Part shown: positions 40,591-49,946 of the stretch, one piece after another
Layout of the letters: each line of letters opens with the position of its first letter
Position numbering within the stretch: the first letter of the stretch is position 1
Assembly: GCA_965261345.1 (NCBI GenBank)
Contig: OZ253449.1
Span: 1,344,001 to 1,408,000, forward strand
DNA length: 64,000 nucleotides
Direction: 5' to 3'
Origin: Chloroflexota bacterium
Lineage (GTDB): Bacteria > Chloroflexota > UBA11872 > VXNJ01
Translations under genes and position numbers: made by a program
The notes under the pieces: model-generated
Told to the model about the DNA's origin: nothing
Databases searched by the model: none
What the model saw: the letters and a program-made list of their open reading frames with translations, nothing else

Positions 40591-41544
40591 ATGCGGTTCA
40601 CCAGTATTGCCGGGATCAACCGGCCGGTTTCAAGGGTGGCGCTCGGCACCGAGGACTATTACCTCGACCAGTTCGACCACCATGCCCGAATCCTCGACGC
40701 CTGGATATCCGGAGGCGGCAACGCCATTGATACGGCGCGAATGTACGCAACCCGCGACGGGGTGCCCAATTCGGAACTGGTCGTCGGGAAGTGGATGGCC
40801 GAACGGGGAAATCGCAGCCAGATCACGGTAATCACGAAGGGCGCCCACTCGCGCGCGGGTGACAACTCGGGATTGGGTTGGGTGAGCAGCGAAGTCATCG
40901 ACAGCGATGTCGCCAACAGCCTTGAAGCGCTCGGCAGCGACTACATCGACATCTGGCTCTTCCACCGCGATAACCCCAAGGTCGAGGTGGCTCCGATCAT
41001 GGACTGCATCAATTCCCACATCGCCGCTGGCAAGATCCGCGCGATTGGGGCCTCCAACTGGACCCTGGACCGTTTCGAGGAAGCCAACCGCTACGCTTCC
41101 GACAATGGGATGCAGGGCTTTTCGCTGCTTTCGAACCACTTCGGCCTGGCGACGCAGCAGTCCCCGCGCTGGCCGGGTTGCGTGAGCCTGCTGCCCGAAC
41201 AGCGGCGACGCCTGATCGCCACCGGAAGGCCTAACCTGGCCTGGTCCTCGCAGTGCGGTGGCTTCTTTGCCGGGATTTATGACCCCGCCGATCGCTCCAA
41301 CGAGCCGATGGCCAACACCTACTTTTCGGAAGAGAACTGGGCCCGGTTGGCAAGGGCCCAACGGTTGGCGGGCGAGGTCGGAGTTTCACCGATGCAGGTG
41401 GCGCTGGCATACACGCTTTGCCAGGATTTTGATTCGCTGGGCGTGTTCTGGTCGGCCAACGAGCGCGAACTCGCAGAGACTCTGTCCGCGGTCGACCTGG
41501 TGCTTTCGCCGGCCCAGATCGCCTTTCTGGAAGGCGGGGACTGA
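40591..41544 (+). CDS. Aldo/keto reductase, paralog of 38748-39737
   Basis: GGNAIDTARMY, TKGAH, HRDNP, GASNW. Shares QVALAYTL.QDFDSLGVFW with the first copy. Confidence 0.92.
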   Translation: MRFTSIAGINRPVSRVALGTEDYYLDQFDHHARILDAWISGGGNAIDTARMYATRDGVPNSELVVGKWMAERGNRSQITVITKGAHSRAGDNSGLGWVSSEVIDSDVANSLEALGSDYIDIWLFHRDNPKVEVAPIMDCINSHIAAGKIRAIGASNWTLDRFEEANRYASDNGMQGFSLLSNHFGLATQQSPRWPGCVSLLPEQRRRLIATGRPNLAWSSQCGGFFAGIYDPADRSNEPMANTYFSEENWARLARAQRLAGEVGVSPMQVALAYTLCQDFDSLGVFWSANERELAETLSAVDLVLSPAQIAFLEGGD

Positions 41545-41557
41545 GGGCGCGGCGCTG

Positions 41558-42080
41558 TCAGGTTCGCCAGGCTGCTCGGGTCAGGGCCATCTTCGAGGTC
41601 GGGCCGGCGTCGACGTAGCGGATCTCGCCGCTGATGTAACCGGCGTCGGGATCGGCCAGGAACGCGGCCGTGCGCCCGGTGACGTTAGCGTCGCCGAGCT
41701 TGCCATTGGGGACGGTTGAGGCCATCGTCGCCTTGTCGGCGCCGACGCGGTCGGAGCGGGGAACGTATTTCGTGCCTGGGGCGATTACGTTTGCGTTGAT
41801 GTCGTGCGGGCCGAGCTCGACCGCCAGTCCGAGCGTGAATTCGTTGATCCCGCCCTTGGTGGTCCCGTAAAGAACCATGCTGGGAATGTGCTGGACCCCG
41901 TGCACCGAGGCGATGTTGATGATGCGGCCAACCCCGCGTTCGATCATCACCGGGGCCGCCGCTAGGTCGGTGATGAACATCGAGCGCAGGTTTATCGATA
42001 GGAGGTCGCCCCAGTCGTGTTCGGTGTATTCGGCGAACGGCCGCGCCATGTTGCCGCCGTGAGCGACCAGGTCTATCCGC
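41558..42080 (-). pseudogene. SDR oxidoreductase lacking its N-terminal Rossmann motif
   Basis: GRIINIAS, YGTTKGG (YxxxK), NVIAPG, YISGE. No GxxxGxG; the fragment begins just beside the tRNA-like sequence. Confidence 0.8.
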
Positions 42081-42131
42081 AGGAAGCCGGGCTCGGGGCC
42101 ATGCCAATGGAATGCCGACAAGACGGTGATC

Positions 42132-42204
42132 TCCCCCTAGCTCAGGGGAAGGAGCAGTGGTTTCCTCAACCAAGCGCGCGGGTTCGAATCCCGCTGGGGG
42201 ACCG
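42132..42204 (+). tRNA. Degenerate tRNA-Arg(CCT)-like sequence (probable pseudo-tRNA)
   Basis: D arm GCTC-AGGGGAAG-GAGC. Anticodon arm TGGT-TTCCTCA-ACCA. T arm GCGGG-TTCGAAT-CCCGC. Acceptor TCCCCC/GGGGGA is one base short, position 37 is C, and there is no CCA. Confidence 0.7.
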
Positions 42205-42751
42205 AGTGGGACAAAATCCGATTCGGCGAATCCTTCGTTGGTTGCGCGATCTGCCGACCGGGCAGCCGAGTTCATTGGAGTCGGCCTGACGGACGCCCCG
42301 TCAAAGCCCTGCCGGATGTCTCGGTGCAGCGCACCCCGGTTTTATCTCAGGCGACTCCATAGGCGGCGATCTTGAATGGGGCCCGCCCACCCCGGTCCAC
42401 CATTTCTTGGTGGTGACGTCTGGACTCCCGCTGAGCGCCCGTCGGCTAGCGGACTGGCGAAGCGACGCCGTAATCATCCGGGAATTCGTGACGCCCAGAC
42501 GCGACGGTAGCGGGTGCGGTAACGCCGCCTTCCGACCGGATCGCATTGGCCCATCGGCAGGCGTTGAGCCTACCTTTGCCACACCCCGCGACGGTGTCAT
42601 TTTGGGCGCCCTCGCCTTCGCGTTCGTGCGAAGGCGTGCTGCTGACGGCGCCGTCTTCGTTGATAGCGGCCGCTGCCAAACGTATGATCGGGCCAGTGCG
42701 ATTCTGGCGAATATCGTGTCTTAACGGAGCCAGCCCGGGCGGAGGTGCACT

Positions 42752-43478
42752 ATGACCAGCGACGCGCGTCCAGACGGACCTCAGATCTGGCTCCAGGGAG
42801 ATCCCGAGGAACTGCGGGACATGTTGCCGCTCGGGATTGCAGGCCTGGTCACTAACAACCTGATCCTGCGCGACATGACACAGAAATATGCCGACCTGCG
42901 CTCTCTCCTTGGTCGCTACCTTGGAACTCGATCCGAACGCGCTGGTCGTGGAGGTGGACGGCAGCACCTACGAGGAATTCCTTTATGCGGCCGAGGTGGC
43001 CAGTGAACTGTCGGAGAAAGTGATCGTAAAAGTGGTCACCAAGCCGATTGGGATCCGCGCCCTCGCGACACTCAATTCACGCGGCGTGCGCACCATGGCT
43101 ACGACCGTTTTTTCGCTGAACCAGGCAGTGATGATGGCCGCCGCGGGAGCAAACTGGGTCGCGCCGTTTGTTGGGCCGACTCATGCCGGTGGTAACGATG
43201 CCTTCGCACTGGTCAAGCAAATCTCTGAGGCATTTCGTGGCCGTCCGAGGCCCCCCGGCATCATGGGTGGCATCATCCGCGACCCGGCCCACGCCCAGCT
43301 TGCATATTCGGCCGGTGCCGATGCGATCGTAACGTTCCCCAACGTGTACTGGGACATGCTCAAGCACCCCGGAACCGACGAGTGGAATTCGACCTTCCGG
43401 AAGGCGTGGGCGGAAATGGAGGACCGCGGTCAACTGACCGGATTCCTGCGCGGCGAGGTTCCCGTGCCCATCGCCTAG
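42752..43478 (+). pseudogene. Transaldolase / fructose-6-phosphate aldolase family, frameshift near 42920
   Basis: GLVTNNLIL in the first frame; VIVKV, TTVFSLNQAVMMAAAGANWVAPFVG, GADAIV and KHPGTD in the next. Confidence 0.82.
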
Positions 43479-43741
43479 GCGGCGCTTCGAGCTGCAGATC
43501 AAATCGCCGCGGCGTAAGCGCAATGAGGGCGCCGAGGCACCGGCAATCCAAGTAAATCCCCTCGCCGCAATCGATACATGTGGTTTGTCCAACGAGTGGC
43601 TCACGAACGCGATGGCTGCATCTGGGCTGCACCGGCAGCGGTCCCAGGAGTGGGCAGGACCTAACTGATCGAAGTGCAAGGGGTCGGTGATCGTGCCGGT
43701 GGTTCTTCCGGGTAGTTGACGCCGCCTACGAACGGCGCTCG

Positions 43742-43845
43742 GTGGCCGTCTCCTCGAACTTGCATCCATCGGGCTTTGACGAGATCCTGCCCAAATCACT
43801 GGCCAATGCGACCGTGGACAGACTACTCCACCACGCCCATGCAGA
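43742..43845 (+). pseudogene. IS21 IstB C-terminal remnant
   Basis: VAVSSNLHPSGFDEILPKSLANATVDRLLHHAH matches the IstB C-terminal motif. Confidence 0.75.
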
Positions 43846-43974
43846 GGTAAATCCGCGATCGCAGTTGATCAGTTCGTTTACTCTGCCGGGCCAATCGTTG
43901 CAACCGCATCAAGAACGCGTGCATTTGCCGCCAGCGCAGCGTCCACCGGTAACCCATACTTCCGGCTGTGGTAC

Positions 43975-44785
43975 CTAGGGTTTCTTGGCCAGGGCCTCGC
44001 CGAATGCGTAGCCAGCGAATGCATCGGGCTGAGTGCGCCATCGCTGCAGGGCCGCCCGCCAGGCGTCGGTCTGGAACTTTTCGAGTAACCCGTGGCTGGC
44101 CGCCGCCGCGACGTCTTTTGAGAGGAACCATTCGGAAAGGAAGCTGAACACTGAATCGATCTCGGCCGGAGTGCTGGAGGTGTCAAATGACGCGGAGGGG
44201 CAGATATCGCAAAACCCGGCGCGATTGAGCACGGCCTTCAAATCCCGTCCCATTTCCGGGTGGCCTCCGTTTGCCGCAAGGAGTGCAGCGAAGGCGGACC
44301 ACACCGCATCGGAGGTGCCTTGGTCGGGTGCCAGAAACGACGAACCGGCGCTCAGCTCGCGGCCGGCAATTGTTCCGCCGGGCTTTAAAACTCGTTTGAT
44401 CTCGGCTAGAACCGCGCCGGGGTCGGGTACGTGCATGAGCAGGGCATGGCAGTGCGCGACATCGAAGTAATCGGACTCAAACCGCAGATCGGTTGCGTCG
44501 CCCACTTCGAAGGTGGCATTGTCTAATCGGGCCGCCCTAGCGGCGGCGCGGGCCAGATCGATCTGTGACGCTTCGAAATCGACGCCGAAAAATTTCCCGG
44601 GACTTACCGCCTGCGCCAACCCGATAGAGATTGATCCGGGCCCACAGCCAAAGTCCAGCAGCCGCATGCCGGGTTCAAGGTACGGCAAGAGATAGGCGGC
44701 GTTGCTGGCGGCGCTCAAGGACCTGGCGCCATTGATCGCCGTACCCCATCGTGTAGCCGGTCGGCTCGTTGCGGACCCTGCTCAT
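43975..44785 (-). pseudogene. Class I SAM-dependent methyltransferase, 5' frameshift near 44712
   Basis: LLDFGCGPGSI, FDVAHCHALLMH, VLKPGG. The natural-looking N-terminus (YTMGYGDQWRQVLERR) is in another frame. Confidence 0.8.
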
Positions 44786-45010
44786 TTGCGGTTGCCGCTG
44801 CGGGAGAAGAGGCCGAATCCGATGTGATCAAACGCAATACAACGAAAATCCGATCGCCGGCGCTTGATGAGTTCCCAGAACTCGAACGACCAGGCCGGAT
44901 TCCCGTGAACGTAAATTATGGCCGGTCCGTCGCCTTCGTCCCCGTAGCGCGCCAGGTGGCCATCCGGTGTGGCGAAGAACCGACTGGCAAACGGAAACAA
45001 GGTTATCCGA
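44782..45010 (-). pseudogene. Alpha/beta hydrolase (haloalkane dehalogenase-like), N-terminal fragment
   Basis: LFPFASRFF...DEGDGPAIIYVHGNPAWSF...RCIAFDHIGFG, then a stop. Confidence 0.8.
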
Positions 45011-45113
45011 CAACCAATTTGACCGATTCGCGGGTTGCGCAATTGCCATACGCCGGAAATGCGTCTTTCAGGGGAGGCGGCCACGAATATTAAGTCATTC
45101 AAAACGCTTGCAA

Positions 45114-45992
45114 TCAACCGGGTTTTGCAGCGTTCACCAGGCTGTAGATTTCTCGCGCTGATTCGCTCCCGTCATCGCAGGCTTTCGCCCAGCCGGCTAC
45201 ATCGGCCCCGAAGACTTCGTCCCTGATCGCGACCGAGGTCCCACGGCCGAGTAGGAATCGGACCATTTCAAGACGCCTGAACTGGATCGCAAAGTGCAGC
45301 GCGGTTGTGTTCTTGTAGGGGCGGGAATCCACATCCACGCCGATGTCCAGCAGAAAGCTAGCAACGCTGTGACGGTCATTTAGAGCGGCGAAGACGAATG
45401 CTTCGCCTATGACCTCCGCATCGTCGGGAGATGAGGGTTCTGCGGGAGGCCGGCCGACTGCGGCCCAATTGGGACGGTAAGGTCCGGCATCCCGGCGCAG
45501 TAAACAACTATTTGAGACCCAATCCTTGACCACGTCCAGCTGCCCGGTTGCCGCCGCCAACCACAGCGACGGCCGGTGCAGCCCACGCTCGTTGAGCACG
45601 TCGGCGGCTTCGATCGAACTGTGCATGGCCGCCGATTCGAGCGCGGTGATGCCGGCATCGGCGCGCGCCCTGGGATCGGCGCCGGCGGCCAGAAGCTGGC
45701 GGCAAAGGTCGGGGAGGTTCCAGCAACCGGCCAGATTCAGGGCTCGATCCAATTCCGCGCCCGCCGCAATCAACACCGCGACGATCTCCCGTCGCGGCGG
45801 CGCGAAATCGGGCTGGGTCAGCCATTCGAGGATCGTATTTTCCCGGGCTTTGGCCCGCACCACCTCCGGATTCGCATTCAGGATGTTGAGGAGCTGTACG
45901 AGATCTCCGCTACGGGCTGCCCGAAGTGCCCGGGCCACCAATCGGTATTCGGATCCGGCGCCGATGCTCCGGAGCAGTTCGAATAGATTCAC
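45114..45992 (-). CDS. Ankyrin-repeat protein
   Basis: LLAAGADPRARADAGITALESAA, AAATGQLDVV, TTALHFAI...VRFLLGRG. Start uncertain. Confidence 0.85.
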   Translation of the reverse strand: MNLFELLRSIGAGSEYRLVARALRAARSGDLVQLLNILNANPEVVRAKARENTILEWLTQPDFAPPRREIVAVLIAAGAELDRALNLAGCWNLPDLCRQLLAAGADPRARADAGITALESAAMHSSIEAADVLNERGLHRPSLWLAAATGQLDVVKDWVSNSCLLRRDAGPYRPNWAAVGRPPAEPSSPDDAEVIGEAFVFAALNDRHSVASFLLDIGVDVDSRPYKNTTALHFAIQFRRLEMVRFLLGRGTSVAIRDEVFGADVAGWAKACDDGSESAREIYSLVNAAKPG

Positions 45993-46143
45993 GCCGGCCC
46001 GGGTCCCCTTCGACAACCAATTTGGCCCAAACGAGAATCCGTGCCCAGCATTGGTCGCGCCGAGATACGAGGTTCTTGCCACAACTCCCGGAAATCGAGT
46101 CCTGCCCGCGTCGACAGATTCGACATCGGGCTGCGACTGACGG

Positions 46144-49100
46144 TCACGTCTCCGGCGCAGCCATCTCTATGAAACGGGCGAGTGCGTTGGCCAGCCGCAT
46201 TTGCCTCGGGGTGCGGCAACGGACCTGCAGCAAATTGCGATTTCCCGCCACGACCGCCAGGCACTGCGCCCGGCTGGTGGCAACGTTCAAGCGATTCAGG
46301 TTGTAGAGGAATTCCATCCCGCGCGGGGCTTCGGCGGCACTGCTGCTGGCCATCGAGTAGATCGAGATCGGGGCCTCCTGGCCCTGGAATTTGTCCACTG
46401 TCCCGACTCGCAGTCCCGGCAATGCGGCGCTGATTTCGGCCACCTGCGCGTTGTAGGGCGTGATCACGAGAATGTCGGACCTGGTTATCGGATGTCGATC
46501 CCCATTCGCATCGGTGTACGTGGCCCCCGAACCAAGCAATGCTTCGATCAACCCGGCAATCGCCAGTGCTTCTTCGGGCGATGAGTTCGAATGCCCTTCG
46601 TGCGACACGGAGACAAAGCGGATGCCCGTTCCAGATAACGGCGCACATCCCTCAAGCGAAAGGCGTTCGCGCCCGGGATGCGAACGCAACCGCCCCTCGT
46701 AGAAGACCTCTGATGTATACGCGCTAATGTCCGGATGCAATCGCCAACTGCCATCTAAGAAGATGCCGCGGTCGACCGGCATTACCCGTTCACCGTCAAG
46801 CACATGGCCCAGCGCCGACCGCTCCGCGCCCGGAGGGTGCACACCCTTGAGCGGCTGATTGAGCTGTTGCGGGTCACCGAGCAGGACCAGGTTCTGCGCA
46901 CAGGTTGATGCGGCCAGGGCATCGGCCAGGGACATCTGCCCGGCCTCATCGATTACGAGAACGTCCACACTGGATTCGACGTCTTCACGGGCCCAGAGCC
47001 AGGTAGTGGCGCCGATCACGTCGAACGATCGGGTTTGGAGCGAGGCCACGGCGCGATCCGTGTTCAGCGGCGTCGCCGCCGGTATAGTCGCATCTTCGCC
47101 TGACCGCTGGCCAATCCTTAGTTGGACGCCGCGTGTTTCGGCCTCCCTGGCCACTTTGGCCAAGAGCTCACCAAAAACCTTGTGGCTGCCCGCGGTCACT
47201 CCGACGCTTTTTCCCGCCTGAACCAGGTCGACGATCAACTCGGCGCCGATCGTGCTCTTGCCGGACCCGGGCGGCCCCTGGATTGCCAGGTAGCTGCGGT
47301 CCATCTCCGATGCCAGGCGCCGGGCCGCAGCCGGAGCATCTTCGCCGGGCTTTGCCAACGATTGGCCGGGTGCCTGCCCGAACTTGGGCGGACGGTGCCG
47401 CAGGAGGTCGCGCCCCGCCTGGTTGGGGCCGGGCGCCTCGATGCTATTTGCGAGCACCCAACTTGCAAGGCGTCGCAGGCTATCTGGTTTTGGTGTTGCC
47501 CTAACCAAATCGTGGGCGATTAAGGAACTGGGCCTGGGCGCGGGGCGGTTGCTCGCACGCTTGATATCGATCAGGCCAGCTTCATCGTTAACGTCAACGA
47601 CCGTGCCGACAGAAGATCCGGTCTCGGGATCATGCGGACTGCTACCAGGTTTGATGTCGTGGTCCTGCGGTGGGAACCGAAAACGGTAGATGGTTGAGCG
47701 GGACCTTGGGGCGGGGTCGGCCCGGGACCCTGAAAAGACAAGTTCGCCGAGGGCGTCGATTTCCTCGCGGCGATCTGTGTCGGAGAGTTCGTTGAGCAGG
47801 TAGAAGTACCGCCACCAGAAGCCCTTGTCCTCCCGTCGGTGCCAGTTGAGCAGGTGCGCCAACAGCCACTTGGCATGCTGGTCGCCATCCATCTCGTCTA
47901 AGACTTCGGGCAAGCCGTCGACTAAGGCTTCGGCCAGGCGGTTTACCTCTTGCTGAGCCTCCGAATCGATCGTTTCTTCGACTGCCGGTACGACCGGTCG
48001 CGGCAGATCGACGTCGAGGCCTTGTTCCAACCCGGATCGCTGTTGCTCGAGCCAATCCCGCAGCAGAAAAGTCGAATGGCAATCGTCGCGGTTGTACTGC
48101 TCGATGGCCGAGCGAAGTTCCTCGCGCCCGCCTTCGTTTTCGAGCTCGAGCCACGTTTCAAAATTGACGATGCTCTGGCCGGCTTCGCGCAGATCGATTT
48201 GCCGTAAGTACCCATAGAGCGGCTCAAGGCGCTTGATCGAGTAACTTTCGACCGATGCCCGGATCCCCTGGCGCACGGTCCGGTAAAGGTCTACGAATAC
48301 CCTCCCGCGCAGTAGGCGATCGACCTCTTCTTCGCGCGTACCGTATCGTCCAGACAGGCTCTTTACTGTGTTTGGTTCATACGGAGCGTAGTGGTACACG
48401 TGCATGTGTGGATCGGCCTCGAGGCGATCTGTAACCAGATCGACAAATGCCTCAAAGGCCCTCCGTTCGCCGGCCGATGTGACCGTCCCCTGATCAATCG
48501 CCCAGTGAGCATGGAAGCTTGGCGCGCCTTCGGCGTCGGGTCGCCCTGGCTCAAGCACGCCGAATAAATAATCGATCCCATCGCCGTCGGCGGACTCAAA
48601 AAACGGATCGCCTTCAAAGTCGACGAACAGGTCGCCTAGGGACGGCTCGGGGAGCATTAAGAGTCCGTGGTCGGAGTCCAGCTCTCCGTCGCGGTCGCGC
48701 GCTGGAGTTAAACGTTCGGAGATTACCGCCCCGCGCTTTTCGCCGCGCACCTGGATTTCGGCTTGGTCGCGAGCCCTAATCAGCGAGGTGCGACCAACGC
48801 CCTCGATCTCGTTTGCCGCGGCATTGGACAGGTGGGCCAGGCCGGTCCTGGTCGTGATGTTGGACTCGCGCAGCGTTCGCCGGTGTCGTGTGTGCAGGTT
48901 CGCCACCAGTGCGAGATCATCTACGGTGCGCCAGTGGGCGCGACATCCCTGACTCCATCGGCAGACCTCGCAGTGTCCCACCGGCTCGGGCTCAGATTCC
49001 AGCGGAAAAATGGGTTCCCCGCCGAGGAAGTCCTCAAACGATCTGGTAACGAGGCGGTAGTAGGCCGCGTAATCGGTCACCCGGAATGAGACCGTTTCGC

Positions 49101-49641
49101 GTGCGATGCCGCCGAGTGCAAGGTGCATGTGTTCCGGTTGGCGCCCCTGGATTGCTTCGACCATTTCCGAATACATGCACAGTTGCAGCACCGCCGATGC
49201 CTTGGCATGCCGGGCGAGTTTGGTGTCCCAGACCTCATAACTCCACTCGCCGAGGTCGCTGGGCGTTGCAACGCGACGCAGGAAGTCGGCGATCCCGACG
49301 CGCCGACCGTCAAATAGCACCGCCTGGTACACCACCTTGGCGCCGGCCCGCATCGCCGCCAGGGTGGCATCGCTTCCCAATCTGATCTGCTGTCCGTACG
49401 GTAGGGATTCGACTCGGTCGATCGCGGTGACTTCGACACCGGATTTTTCTAACGAATCGCGAAATCTCTGCTCATGTAGTTCGCCCCGCTTGGCGATTCG
49501 ATCCAGCACCGGGTCGTCGATATTCGGCCTTGAAAAGTGGCCGGCGGCCGCAGCCCGCTCGAGGTGAGAAAGGTGGCCGCATTCGAGGTAGCCGACAAGA
49601 TCGGTCGCCGAATAGACGAACCCATTGCCGCTAAGGCGCAT
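46144..49641 (-). CDS. TM0106-family RecB-like nuclease fused to an SF1 (DNA2/Upf1-like) helicase
   Basis: SATDL..YLECGH, GIADFL...YEVWDTK, C-x2-C (HCEVC), DFEGDPF, YSIKRLE, YNRDDC; QGPPGSGKS, DEAGQ, GDPQQL, TPYNAQ, TVDKFQGQE, NRLNVATSRA. Confidence 0.93.
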   Translation of the reverse strand: MRLSGNGFVYSATDLVGYLECGHLSHLERAAAAGHFSRPNIDDPVLDRIAKRGELHEQRFRDSLEKSGVEVTAIDRVESLPYGQQIRLGSDATLAAMRAGAKVVYQAVLFDGRRVGIADFLRRVATPSDLGEWSYEVWDTKLARHAKASAVLQLCMYSEMVEAIQGRQPEHMHLALGGIARETVSFRVTDYAAYYRLVTRSFEDFLGGEPIFPLESEPEPVGHCEVCRWSQGCRAHWRTVDDLALVANLHTRHRRTLRESNITTRTGLAHLSNAAANEIEGVGRTSLIRARDQAEIQVRGEKRGAVISERLTPARDRDGELDSDHGLLMLPEPSLGDLFVDFEGDPFFESADGDGIDYLFGVLEPGRPDAEGAPSFHAHWAIDQGTVTSAGERRAFEAFVDLVTDRLEADPHMHVYHYAPYEPNTVKSLSGRYGTREEEVDRLLRGRVFVDLYRTVRQGIRASVESYSIKRLEPLYGYLRQIDLREAGQSIVNFETWLELENEGGREELRSAIEQYNRDDCHSTFLLRDWLEQQRSGLEQGLDVDLPRPVVPAVEETIDSEAQQEVNRLAEALVDGLPEVLDEMDGDQHAKWLLAHLLNWHRREDKGFWWRYFYLLNELSDTDRREEIDALGELVFSGSRADPAPRSRSTIYRFRFPPQDHDIKPGSSPHDPETGSSVGTVVDVNDEAGLIDIKRASNRPAPRPSSLIAHDLVRATPKPDSLRRLASWVLANSIEAPGPNQAGRDLLRHRPPKFGQAPGQSLAKPGEDAPAAARRLASEMDRSYLAIQGPPGSGKSTIGAELIVDLVQAGKSVGVTAGSHKVFGELLAKVAREAETRGVQLRIGQRSGEDATIPAATPLNTDRAVASLQTRSFDVIGATTWLWAREDVESSVDVLVIDEAGQMSLADALAASTCAQNLVLLGDPQQLNQPLKGVHPPGAERSALGHVLDGERVMPVDRGIFLDGSWRLHPDISAYTSEVFYEGRLRSHPGRERLSLEGCAPLSGTGIRFVSVSHEGHSNSSPEEALAIAGLIEALLGSGATYTDANGDRHPITRSDILVITPYNAQVAEISAALPGLRVGTVDKFQGQEAPISIYSMASSSAAEAPRGMEFLYNLNRLNVATSRAQCLAVVAGNRNLLQVRCRTPRQMRLANALARFIEMAAPET

Positions 49642-49946
49642 CGCCTAGTCCCTGCTCAATCCAACTGCGGAAGGCAATTCCATATGATCCTTGGATTGGA
49701 ATTCCTGCCCAGGACCAATCCATTGGAATTCCGGCCGTCTTCGATGCAATACCAACTGTGCCTCAATCAAAAGCCTGGGCGCCAGCAAAGGGGGTGCGGC
49801 ATGTCCGCCGTGCACCAATCGGCAAAATGGGTGCAATTGAGGAAGTTGGAATCCGGCAGGATTCATTTACACGTGCTTTTACTCGGTAAAGTTTTGATTG
49901 CTGGCTGATGCTGGCCTAGCTCCCGACGCTGGGCGATGTTTAAGCG

